From contig NC_135263.1 of assembly GCF_964204865.1 (NCBI RefSeq), forward strand, positions 19,468,001 to 19,532,000: DNA of 64,000 bases. Direction: 5' to 3'. The notes under the pieces are model-generated. The model searched no databases. It was not told where the DNA came from and saw only the letters and a program-made list of their open reading frames with translations. Position numbers and translations under genes: made by a program. Below, piece after piece: positions 48,997 through 61,072 of this stretch (position 1 is the stretch's first letter; each line of letters starts with the position of its first letter). This DNA is from Styela clava (lineage: Eukaryota).

Positions 48997-49772
48997 CAGG
49001 GGTCTCCAACTCAAAATATGTCGCGGGCCACTTTTCGAAATTTATTGACGACGCGGGCCGCAACCTTACAAATTATATACAAAATTGTTATACAAAAATT
49101 AACAAAGTAAATCTGAATATATTTGTTGAAATTACCCTTGAATCTTACACCAAGCGAGACATGAAACATATTCGTTTACTTGTGTTGGTTATTTGGCACC
49201 GTTTTGCAGCGGTAAAAGACTCGATGTTGGGCCTTATTTTGCGTTGGTTCGTTGGTTTGCTTTCATCGAATCATCACAAGTTTTGTTTATGTCTGAGAAA
49301 AATTTCTCTGTTTCATCAGTGAAAAATTTATTTGCGATACCTTGTTCCAGTATAAACATGGTATTTTCCCTTGTGTAATGATCCATAAGTTTATAATAAT
49401 CTAGTTTTGCGTTAACTGCACGTATATATGATTCATAATCAACTAATGATTCACAACTGCACACTTCCATGATCTGAACAAAACTTGTTTATTTCGTTAT
49501 AATAAAAACGCGAAATGAAATGATTGAATTTACAATTTAATTATTACAATAGAATAAAATATGAACGTGGTAAAGTGGAATAACGGGGGGTATTTTTGTT
49601 TTACTTCAACAGTTTGTTGTACCGGATTCTTGATGTTAAATAACACGATAAAACTCATAGTTGACATCATACTATTTTAGTTTTTTCTGGAAAAATCTCA
49701 ACCACGACGCGGGCCGCAAAGAATGCTTTGCGGGCCGCATGCGGCACGCGGGCCGCGTGTTGGAGACCCCTG
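48997..49772. mobile_element. hAT Buster/Charlie-like MITE, young
   Basis: Perfect TIR CAGGGGTCTCCAAC / GTTGGAGACCCCTG; perfect TSD TCTTACAG; GCGGGCCG repeats. Confidence 0.9.
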
Positions 49773-50049
49773 TCTTACAGAGACTGATATACCAAATGAA
49801 GTGCGCAGCATGGGTAACCATTGCTAAAATGGTCCGTATTGGTTTGAAGACGAAAATTACGCGGTGAATATGGTACATTATGTGGCGGTGCTGAGAAAGC
49901 GTTTGACATCATTGTGACGACGTAAGGATATTGATTGAGTCGATTATAGCTGTTCCCCACATATCACATCACGCCCTCGACTGACTGAAAGAGCGATTTA
50001 AAAAAAGGCTGACCAATAGGAATTGTGTCGTCGAGTGAGCACCTTATTC

Positions 50050-50292
50050 GGTACTCACGAAGTATGTGAACCAAGATGGCGGTTACCGTAACGTAGTATG
50101 TGTACCAGGTCTGGGTTAGGCCATAATTCCAGGTACAAATACTACGAGAGTCACTTGGCTAGTCTCCGAACCCGTCATAGAACTAAATTAAGGAAAATAG
50201 GAATAAAATTATGCCTAACCCTAACTTGGTACACATACTACGTTCCGGTGTCCGCCATCTTGGATTCTTGGTTCACATACTTCGGGAGTACC
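50050..50292. mobile_element. Merlin-like MITE
   Basis: GGTACTCACGAAGTATGTGAACCAAGA / TCTTGGTTCACATACTTCGGGAGTACC; degenerate 8-bp TSD. Confidence 0.82.
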
Positions 50293-53200
50293 ACTTATTA
50301 ATTGGATTTGAACACTTCAGATTTTTGTCTGTAGGAGTATTCGAAGGACAATGTGTTTCATAACATTTCTCGACTAATCGGTGAACCCAAAACTGCAATT
50401 GCAGCAACATATAAAAAATTCCTGCATGTTAGTGATTGACAATCGCGTGCAAGGAAGTCTGTCTCTGATGCCTAGGGGGTGATTTGGAACATATTCTAAC
50501 GAGAACATAAATTATGTGCAAAGCGTTCTAGATTCCTGAAACTTTCGAGTAAAATCATGCACAAACATGAGTTGAAGCGTAAACAATATTTATTGAATTT
50601 TCTTCATCTTTGTAGAAGTTATTCAAAAATTTATGGGTTTCGTTTTATGTTAGAAAATGCTCTCCACGTTGTCACTTGCTCGTTTGGGTGCTGATACCTA
50701 GAGGTAGCCTAAATCAAATCTATAATTATATCATCGACAAATATTTAAGGTTCGGTGTCATATTCTGAGTTGTCTTTTTACTGTTTATTTTCTGTTCCTG
50801 CAATAGAAAAAATATTCATATTCCTACAACACTGAAAACACAGGCTATTTGTTTTTGTAATGGATGTTGAGCGTACATTGGCTAAAATCTTTTATAGTTT
50901 GCCTTTTTTAATTTTTCATTACAGAGGTCAACCACAATCGTGAAATATATACAGTGCGGTTTTCGTAATCCGAAAATGGTCAACAATTTGTAATTGGTGG
51001 AATGTAGGCCACAGGACACAGTGGCAAATCAGCTCTCACACCTATACTATATCCGGTATGCGTTTCGATGTTTGAATCCGCCTTTCGGCGAGTTGCAACG
51101 TTCCCGCAAACGGACAGCGGCCTTCCAGAGCGACGCAAGCTACGAGATGGAATTGGTTTTGGGGGATTGAAATCATCTCGTCATTTCATTCTTTCTTTTC
51201 CTAATTCAGGCTTTCCGACAAGACAAATCACTGTCTGGTATTTTTTAGCTTTAGTCTACTGTAAGATATTCGTACCGCTGGCAAGTGGAAGTGCCTTCCT
51301 AATCTCGAGGCGGGGCAGTCTGAAAATATTTGATTTCTGTGGGGAACAATGGATCGGGGTTCAGTGGGATATGCTCCACTTGGCAAAATTTGACAGTGTT
51401 TTATCCACTAAATGCTTACAGGCCTAAAAATGTGGTATGCTTTGTGTAATATTATGGTGTGTATACGAATGTCGCCAAATTGGCTTTATGTTACCAATGC
51501 AGACAATTTGTTTGAGAAAATATTTAGAAAAAGATCTGAAATATTTTGGTTGAACATTGATTTAAAAAATATTAAATCTTCAACTCTGAAGTCCCACAGA
51601 TGATGATGTTGATGATTTTTTGCTTATTTTTAACGGCATACTTCGCTGAATTTGATATCGCCCCATTGTGCCCCAAGGTGTGTCCGAATATGCCCCACAA
51701 ATGGGGTGCAGTGGGACACTTGACAAACGCTTTTCAAAGCATTTTGGTGGAGAGATGTGTATAAAATTGAAGCAGCAATGAGGCGACGGATAGGGTAAAA
51801 GCTATTTCGATATATATATCTTATATTCTAAATACATAATCGTATTTTTATTCTAAATCTAAAGTAACGATGGCAGAACTCAAGAAAGGCTTTACCTCAG
51901 GGGATGAAACAACATTAAAATACACTTGGCGAAAATTTTGCCTTGACTCTACGAAACAAGATTATCATGTCAAATGTGTTTGTCCGGCAATTTTTGTCAT
52001 TTCCTATTTTACTGTATGCAAATGATTCCAAGATATTTCAATGAAATTCAAGAAATACCCTATTTCCACTTTCTGATATATCGGTGTTGATTGTCTCATT
52101 TATGAGGATGTTTTGTTATGTTTGGACTATATACACTTATGTCATCTAATTCTCCATTAGTCCAGTGCACATTCCCACAGTGAATTCGGCATGCTGTTTC
52201 ACTGCATTCATTATCTTTAATTGCAGACATATGAATAACTAGTTCAAGCCGAGGAAGAGTCGGTATTTGTTAGATTTAATTGCGGGATAGTGATGTGAAA
52301 CAATAGCTTTTTATATCTGTTGATGAGCGGAAAATAGACATCAGAAGGGATTACAACACACTTCTCTCAGTGTCACCTGGAAGAGATTATGGAGAAACAC
52401 CACCAGGGAACGTATAATGAACCAGAATTCTTTCTTCGCATCATGTTTTGTTAAACTGGTCTGCTCCGAGGCCGTCAGTATACGTCACATACATATTGAT
52501 ATGGACTAAACAAAAATGTTATCTGTAACGATGCAGTTGAAAAGCTCTCGTGGATTTGATAAGACTTGAACACGAATGAAATATCTGAATTTCCTGCTAT
52601 TCGAATGAGAATCTCTTAAATTCCAAATTTTACGGTGCAGCTTTATGTAACTATATCACTACCGTGCTGCCAGGTCATTCGTGAGTGAATAACGTACTTA
52701 GATTTTAAACAAAAACCAATTTGTCACGGTCGCAATTTTACAATTATCGCTTGCAGTCAACCATAGTTCATTTACAAAGTAGTGGTATCTAGAGTTGGAC
52801 CTGATGGGATTGAATAATTGAATATTTTGAAAAAAAAAGAATATTTATAAATACCAGGATTTACAAAATTGATATTTGGGTGGCTTTATTTCGGGAAGAA
52901 AATATATTGAAAAATAATGAGACCAAAATGAGAACGATAAGGCCTTAAATAATAAGGTCTTAAATAGATCAAATATATGTTGAGAAACTATTTTCAAACA
53001 TCGCATTCAATTCATTCATTGAATTTTCAGAAAATAAAAATATGAGAAATTTGAAAGTATACTTTAAACTCATTTATAAACGGTTTGAAAACTCGATAAT
53101 TTCCATGAAGTGTAAATGCTAAAAGCCTTTAAATAAAAATATTTTAAGTTGAATATACCAAAAGTGTCTTATTAAAGAGTGAAATGTATCTGCGTTCTAT

Positions 53201-56200
53201 TTGTATCCTATAGCATGTTCGGCTTAAATTGCATCAAAACATAATGATAAACGAAATTAGGTCAATACCCAGGCAATATCGATTAGGATATGGTCAGATT
53301 AGGATATATACCGAAATGCTTTAAATTTTATCATTTTTAAAAACAAACTAAAATATTTTGTTCAAAATTTTCTTTTCTTATTTTGGTATTTCATTACTAG
53401 TCTTTGAGTGAAATTTTGTTTCTTGTTATATAAAACAAGTTTAGTTGACATTAATAATTTCAAGAAATGTTCTTAATATTATTTTAATTTGAAATAAACA
53501 TTCTCAGTATACGCAATTAGCATTTTCCACCTTCAAAAAAGTTAATTGTGTACAACGTTAGTTAATCCGATCTTGTCGAAGGTATTTGTATCATAATTGA
53601 GTTTAAACAAATGAAATGTTTAAATATTGGAAAACAAAATAAGCTAAGCTGAAAGTTACATTCAAAGACATGGGGGAATACTATATTCTTGATCGAATCT
53701 GTGATATTTTGGAACATGTCATACTACATGAACTTTTAAATTTCGAAGGTGATAATATCTCGTACGGCATTTTTGTCAATTAGATATTTAAAGATTTTGC
53801 ACAATATTTAAAAGATCCGTTTCCACAATTCAGTAGTAGCTATTATTCATTACACGACGTTCATGAACCGCAATCCCGAGTCATTTGTGCTCATTGAAAT
53901 TAAACACGACAGATGGTTATTTCTCTTTGTCATAATTAAAGAATAAAAATAACCGTATTGCCATGTGTGCTATCGCGCAAAGACAACGAGCTTTTCTCTA
54001 GCGCAGCGGCATACTAATGTATCTGAATGGAACTGAACACATTGCGATTATTTGAACATGAGAAAAACACATTGCAATATTGTCAGTGTGAAGAATTTGT
54101 CGGTGTTCTCACATGCCAAATTTATAATTTTTATTCATAAAATAAATACTAACATATATACCATAATTAATAAAATAACATGGAGTCTATGAAAAACTGC
54201 TTCAAATTTTATGCTAGAAAACGCTACGGAATGGCGCGATTTCGGGGCACTTCATGAAATTGAAAGAAATAATTTTTTGAAAATATCGAAAATCAGAGTA
54301 AATATATCTATAGTACCGCTACCTACGTTTGAGTATTACGTATCTACAATAAAGTAAATATGATGTCACTACGAGCCATCTGCTACATGTAGTACAGCAA
54401 CACCAGGCAAGCCTTCGAAAGCCCAAGTTACACACTTTTCGACGTATTACACCAATACATATACGCCTTCTTGATCCCGTTGTGATTGCGTTGGGTACAT
54501 AGAAATGAGCGATTATTCCAACAATGAAAAGGTAGCATTTAAATCCAATATAACACACGTAAAAAGCTTCCATTTGTTTGTATTACAATTGTATTACGGG
54601 TCTTCTCGCGCATGACGTTTGACATAGGTGTTCGCTTGTGTAACTACGTCAGCGAAGGTAAATAAAGTTATTATATTAGATTTGTAACGTGAAATATCAG
54701 GCCACATTTGGTCATGCAATTCAAGTACGGCTAAACTGGCGAAAGCGAAATTAAATGATTCGATACACATGTGCTTCATTACACAAGTGTGTTCATGATT
54801 TCCCTTTATGGTTACGAGCCATACGTTGTTGTAGTTAGCATTTAAAGCAGAACTGATTCATCAAAAATAATATACTATAAGTTATCAAAAGTGTATTAGA
54901 AATCTGCATTCTGAAACCTAGCTTATGTTTTGCAAATATTTAATCAGAATAAAATTCGGAATGTAAATAATACGAAAACTAGAATTTATTCGACTTTGAA
55001 TACTTATTCACGAATTTTATACTATATATATTGCCAAGTATAAGCAAACGATAAACCGGAATGCATAAATATTCAGTAACTGAGGAAACTACCTTTTTAT
55101 CAAACCGAAATATATTAATAACATCACGGATGAAATAGACATATGCAGCTTATCGTTTACAATATATAGCAGAATATAACCAAAACAAAAAAGTAATATT
55201 TGTTCGATTTTATGCTGTGCCATTTGAAAATTCTCGGGCAACGAACAGCTTACCCAAAATTACTTGCGAAAATAATATTCACCATCTCTGATTTTTGTCA
55301 CATATGGTGCAAAGGCGATTAATTACCCTGGAGATTTGAATTTTTTTAAGAGCGGATCCCAGTTCACTCGGATTGCAGCGACACTGTTATAATGTTGCCA
55401 CAAACGAAGCGCGATTTTCTCTTCTTAGAGGGAAACACAGCCGAGATAAAATACCACTGTGTATTTTTGAAAAATCAATGCAAAATCACCTCTTGTTACG
55501 TATATCTTAGACACATGTAATAAGTATCCTAAACGTACACCTTTATGTGAAATCGGTTTCTGTCAACAAAAATGTACAAACAAATCATTTTTTCAAATTT
55601 TCGAATATTGTCAATTACTTTCCATTATTATCGAACGATATCACATGAAAAGTTTGTTAGAACAAAAATATAACTTGCACCGCGTTAAAAACGGGTCTAG
55701 TTACGAATAAAATTGTAATATTTACAGATTTAAATGCATTCCACTCGACTCTGCTTCGAGTGACATTAGCGATTAGGAAGCTATCGCCGCTGAACGTACC
55801 ATATGTCGCTTGCCTATGTATGGCAGATGTGAATTTTACGTAAAAGCACACTGGAGTGTTGTGTGAACACTCTGAAATGAGTTAGAGTATCTGCTTATCT
55901 TGTTTATGACCGTCGTTCGTTTCACCAACACATATTCCATCACGAACACATCATACGAGATAATTAAACGAAAAGGGACAATTTGAAGCAATTTAAATAA
56001 TAACAATACGCAATTCTTTTCAACTTAGGGGTTTTAGCTAAGATAATGATTTGCGTTAAAGTATATTGGAAAACAACTCAAATCCACGTATTTTGCTCAA
56101 ACGGAGGACAAATTTCTGAATTGAAGTGGTAATTTATAAATATATATATATAAGTAGAAACATTTCAATAGTTGAACGATGAATGAACGCGTAATAACTG

Positions 56201-59200
56201 AGTTCAACATTGCCATTGGAGTGCCAACGGCAAGAGAAATCAAATATCCATCCCAGTTGCACAATTTTATGACTGACACGAAAGACCAAATGTATACATA
56301 ATAGTCCTTCCGTATTTTTTATTAAGATTTGAATTAAAACACGGAAAAAAATCTAATAAAACTTGATGAGCTATTCTCGGATTTTTTTTTATGTTGGTAC
56401 GTTTGTGGACTTTCACTTCAACCAGTCATACTCAGGCGATGAATACGCTGGGAATTGTTCCAGATTCGCTGTATTTTATATGTATAGCTTGTATATATAC
56501 ACTGCACTATATCATCACTGATCGATATAACGATTTATCGAATGCATCTTATAAATGTGGATGGATTATAGACGACGTCTCATTTCATAAACAGTATTTC
56601 GTCTTTGACCGAAATTGTCAATTGTAATACAGACGCTTTACGTTTGTCATCATTGTTTGATTTGACAATGAAGAAACATTTTCGGTGTAATGATGAAAAT
56701 TAAGCTATGAAATATGTCATAAACTCTCCAAATATATAAGACTCATTGTGAATTTCGTCTAAAATGTCAGGCATGTAAGCTTGTGCACAAAAAGTACAAA
56801 AGAAGAACTCAATTTACATAAGAAATTTAAGATTTGATTTAAGAAGAGAATAAAATGGTAGACCGCGGTTGCATTGTGATATGTATCATATCTTTATATT
56901 GTCTTATGTAAAATTGTACTTTTACAAGATGAGTAAACTGCTTGAACAATTCCCCTGCATGCAACTTGACATTTTACCGATGTTTATATAAAACGGGTCA
57001 CTTGCAGATTGTTTCGGAAAACCCGTATTCAAGCTTAAAAATAAAAAACGGTTTGTACCTCTGTATAATTATCGAATTTTCCATCCATGTTATATTACTA
57101 CAATTATATTTATTCCAATTTTGAAACCAATGAAAAGTAACCATTTTAGTTGTCAAAGTAATCATTTGCTTTATTGCTGATTTGTATATAGTTTCCAAAG
57201 TATTATTCGTGTATTAGAGAATTAGTTGTTGTTTTATTAACCTTTAAAGATCGAGCTTTTTAAAGTACCTGTTCGGCATTTTTTTGGATAAATATGTAAG
57301 TTTGTTGAATATTCAATAAGCCCTTACGCACGTGCATATGACAGTCGCTTTATTATTAGTCTTTGTGTATTGGACCCAATTAAGCAATTTTTACAAATGC
57401 GGAAGACGTAACCGAATTCGTTCCATAAAGCGTCAAAGTCATAAATCCCGCTTAATCGCAGATTTATTGTCTTATTAGGCGATGCATCCTTCGAAAAAAA
57501 TGGACGCGTTCTCAATGCACATCTGTTTTCCATAGTTATGGGGCTTATTAGTTGTATCGTTTGTGAATATGATTTCGCTCCGGCAGACGACGATTGCATT
57601 CGAACACATGGAGATTTGGGTAACGGCGAGAGAAATAAAGCAAGTGCAGTAGCGTAATTAATGCAAATCTTTCTATCCATCCGTTGTATCGGTTGGGTAC
57701 GGATTTATACACGGCCAATCACGAATATGCATGATAGATAGATGCTCTGATCATTTTATAGGATTGGGACATGTTTGATCAACGCTATTTTCTATTTTGT
57801 ACGGCGTTTAGGTGAGCGATCGGAAACTTTCCCCCACTCTCTTTACAAAAAAGAAACAGACGGAATCCATTTCTCTTCCGATCGGAGATAAAAGAAAAAA
57901 TGAAACACATTATGCACGAAAATAATTAATGCCAGGGCGAGAATGAAAAAGGCCACAAAACGACGTTGGCTACAATCAGAGTCGAAGGCAGAGTATTTTA
58001 CGCGCATCGATGGAATTGTTGGGTCAATAGTATAACAACACAGGTTAGATAACGTAATGGCAGATGGAAAAATATTTCTCACGCACATCGATATTACGAG
58101 AGCCTTTGAGAGTTTCAATTCATAATATAGAAACAGTCGTCAAAATCGGTGTTTCGCTACCACCAGCGCAAACCTATCAGCACTTAACAGAAAAAGAGAA
58201 ATAAAAAACAAAAGCTTCCCACTTTAGGTACTCGTGTTCTTATCGACACAATATGGGGGTCAGGCAGCAGCACCAGTCACGCGCCTAAAGCGGATGTAAT
58301 TTTTAGTATTCGTAATTAGAACTTTATCATAAAAGTCAGGTCTGCAGAAAAAATAAAAAACGTACTGAACGTTGAGAATGTAGAGTATCGAGTATTTTCA
58401 TTTTCTCGAATATTATGATCAAATGTTTGATGGTTATTGGTCATCAAACTTAGCGCAGTATTTTCTTCAATTAAATTCTCTTCAAAAAATTATTTTGCTC
58501 ATACGTATGGAGTACATTTATTCAATATTTTTCTTAATAAAAAATAAGATCCTTGAGTGAATGTTTCGTTTAAATACTTTATTTTGCGCTTAGGTTGAGG
58601 CATTTCTGATCAGTAATGCAGTTGATATAGGGAGCTTTTTGTATAGAATTAAATGTCTCTGTGTTGAATAAATTTTTCTTTACACAATATATTGCTAATA
58701 TAATTATTTTTAGAAAGGCTATAGAAAGATCGTTAAAAACAAGGATATTCTCCAGCGCAGGTATCGGCAGATGGTTTATGCGCGCTCACGTCGCGCAATG
58801 GTTGCGTCACAAAAGAAAATGGTGTCTTGGTCTCAGTCGCTCGACACTTGTGCGTTTCTACCTCATCGAAGATTTTTACCTTGGGTCATTTCTTTTATTC
58901 TTGATTTCAACACAGTTTTGCACTAAACTAATGTTAGCAGAGGCCTAATATACATTAGGCCATTGAGCGTAATTTCGCCAGTCTTACATTTATTTGCTTG
59001 TGATAAGTTTGAATATTATAAAAGTAATGAAGTAAAGTTGTAGTCTGTATACAAGATTCACAGGCGAGTGGTGAGTGATAGTTCAATTCCTGAAGAATAG
59101 TATTAGCTACGGTGGCGATAAAGATATATTTATATAACGTTATTCCACATTTTTCTGATATATTTCATAAGGACGCATGAGATTCGTCGAAATAGCTACC

Positions 59201-59556
59201 GCAACATTGCATCCTAAAAATAAAATCCTGCTTCCAAAACGCCTTTGATGCCCATTATCAAAGTGCATGTCTAATTTGAAAAGGATTTGAATTCAGAAAA
59301 TAATTGAAATGAACAATCAATAGAATTAAATAGACATGACATGGACCGATGTTTTTGCTAAACTGTTTGGAGACTAAAATTGTCATATCAATTTGATTTT
59401 AACCTAGTATTTTATTGCTGTATAGAATTCAAGGCTTATCTTTCATGCTTTTTTAATGCAGAAATATTCTTAAAATTTTAGATCCTATAGCTTATTAGAT
59501 TTTGCGAACGAAGTGCTATTAGACAAATAAGTCGATTGAGTGCAATTTCTGTTCCA

Positions 59557-61072
59557 ATGCCTGTATCAATCGGACTTCGTGCTGTGTCTTCAGCGGTTCT
59601 AGCAAACGCAGTGGCGGCAGCAGGAGCTTACGGACCCAACGAATTGGAATGCGGTGACGATTACATTCTGCCGTACTATCAACATCATCACCAGAATCCC
59701 CTGTATCACTATTCTACGACACCAATATCTTCATTTTCGCAATACGCTCCGATTACAGAACGCCCACGGGAAGAGTCATCTCTTCTCAATTTCTCCGGAA
59801 GCGACGAAGGCAGTGGTTGTGAAGTTACAACTCCCGTATCTACCGTAAATTCGACGTCTGCGGAAAAAAAAAAGAGCGATTCAACTTTTCACAACCGTGC
59901 CAATAGCCCCGGCTCTCTCCAACAACATTCGGAAGAAGAAACGGGCCTGAAAAAGAATTCCTCTACTGGCGATCTAAATGCAATTTCAACAGGTACGGGA
60001 GATTCGATTGGTAACATGATGGAACAGCCTTCAACCATCCAATCTATGACAGGTCCGTCTCCAGATTTTACTCAACATTCAACCATGTTCAATGAAGTTC
60101 ATAGAAATGCAGAATCAATTTACCACCGATCACAAACTCACTCGAACTCTTTTAACACTTCTTTAACAAGATCAGCTTTTGGGAACGTCAATCCTTCGGT
60201 ACCAGAAGGAATATACACAAACGACGGAGCACCGTCCGTATCTTTACACAAGCCCGCGTTTGGTATGCATCCCAATGTGTCCGGCGACGGACCTAGCCTG
60301 AGTTACGCAACTCTAACACCTCTTCAGCCGCTAACTCAAATTCCAAACCCAGCTGACAAGTATGGTTCGGTGCCGTCAAATGCGTTTGTATCACAAGATA
60401 TGTCAGGCCTTGGGGATCTTAGCGGTAACTATCAAAAGATGACGGGCATGGGACAGAGTCTACCACCGTTGTCAAATCATATGCTACTCAATGGACTAAA
60501 TGTACAACACAGCTTGCAACCACCAGTTGTGGGGTCTGCGGCAGACACAGAAAACGCAGCAATGGGAATTCCACAATACGCAAGATCACCGACAAATTTC
60601 CATCATCCACCCAATCCATATGAAACTCACATGCTAGACACATTGGAAGCATTTCCGAGTGCGCCACTCCCCACTTCAGTGTTTTCGGCAAGACCCAACG
60701 GATTTGGGCATAATTTTCATTCAAGTCGGTCTTCTGGAATGTCACACTCGCGCGAAAATAAAGGACCCGTGGGAGCTGAAAGAGTAACACCCGTCAATCT
60801 TAATGGTGGCAACAACCAACATCAGCAACCTTCTGAAGAAGTAAACACCAAAGATGTCGCAGCCAAAATTACACAAGAATTAAAGCGTTACAGCATTCCA
60901 CAAGCAATATTTGCACAGCGTGTTTTATGTCGAAGTCAAGGAACCCTTTCGGACCTTCTGCGAAATCCCAAACCTTGGTCAAAACTGAAGAGTGGGCGTG
61001 AAACGTTTCGAAGAATGTGGAAATGGCTGCAAGAACCTGAATTTCAAAGAATGTCCGCCTTGCGTTTAGCAG
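59557..61072 (+). CDS. ONECUT: ONECUT/HNF6 transcription factor, first coding exon (N-terminus plus CUT domain); 3' partial
   Basis: First ATG at 59557 (the track start is TTG); YATLTPLQP motif; CUT domain EEVNTKDVAAKITQELKRYSIPQAIFAQRVLCRSQGTLSDLLRNPKPWSKLKSGRETFRRMWKWL; phase-1 donor after RMSALRLA (G|GTAGG at 61072/61073); no homeodomain exon found downstream in the window. Confidence 0.94.

Noticed and set aside
51018-51760. Transib-like element suggested by CACAGTG
   Set aside because: No matching right TIR or TSD found
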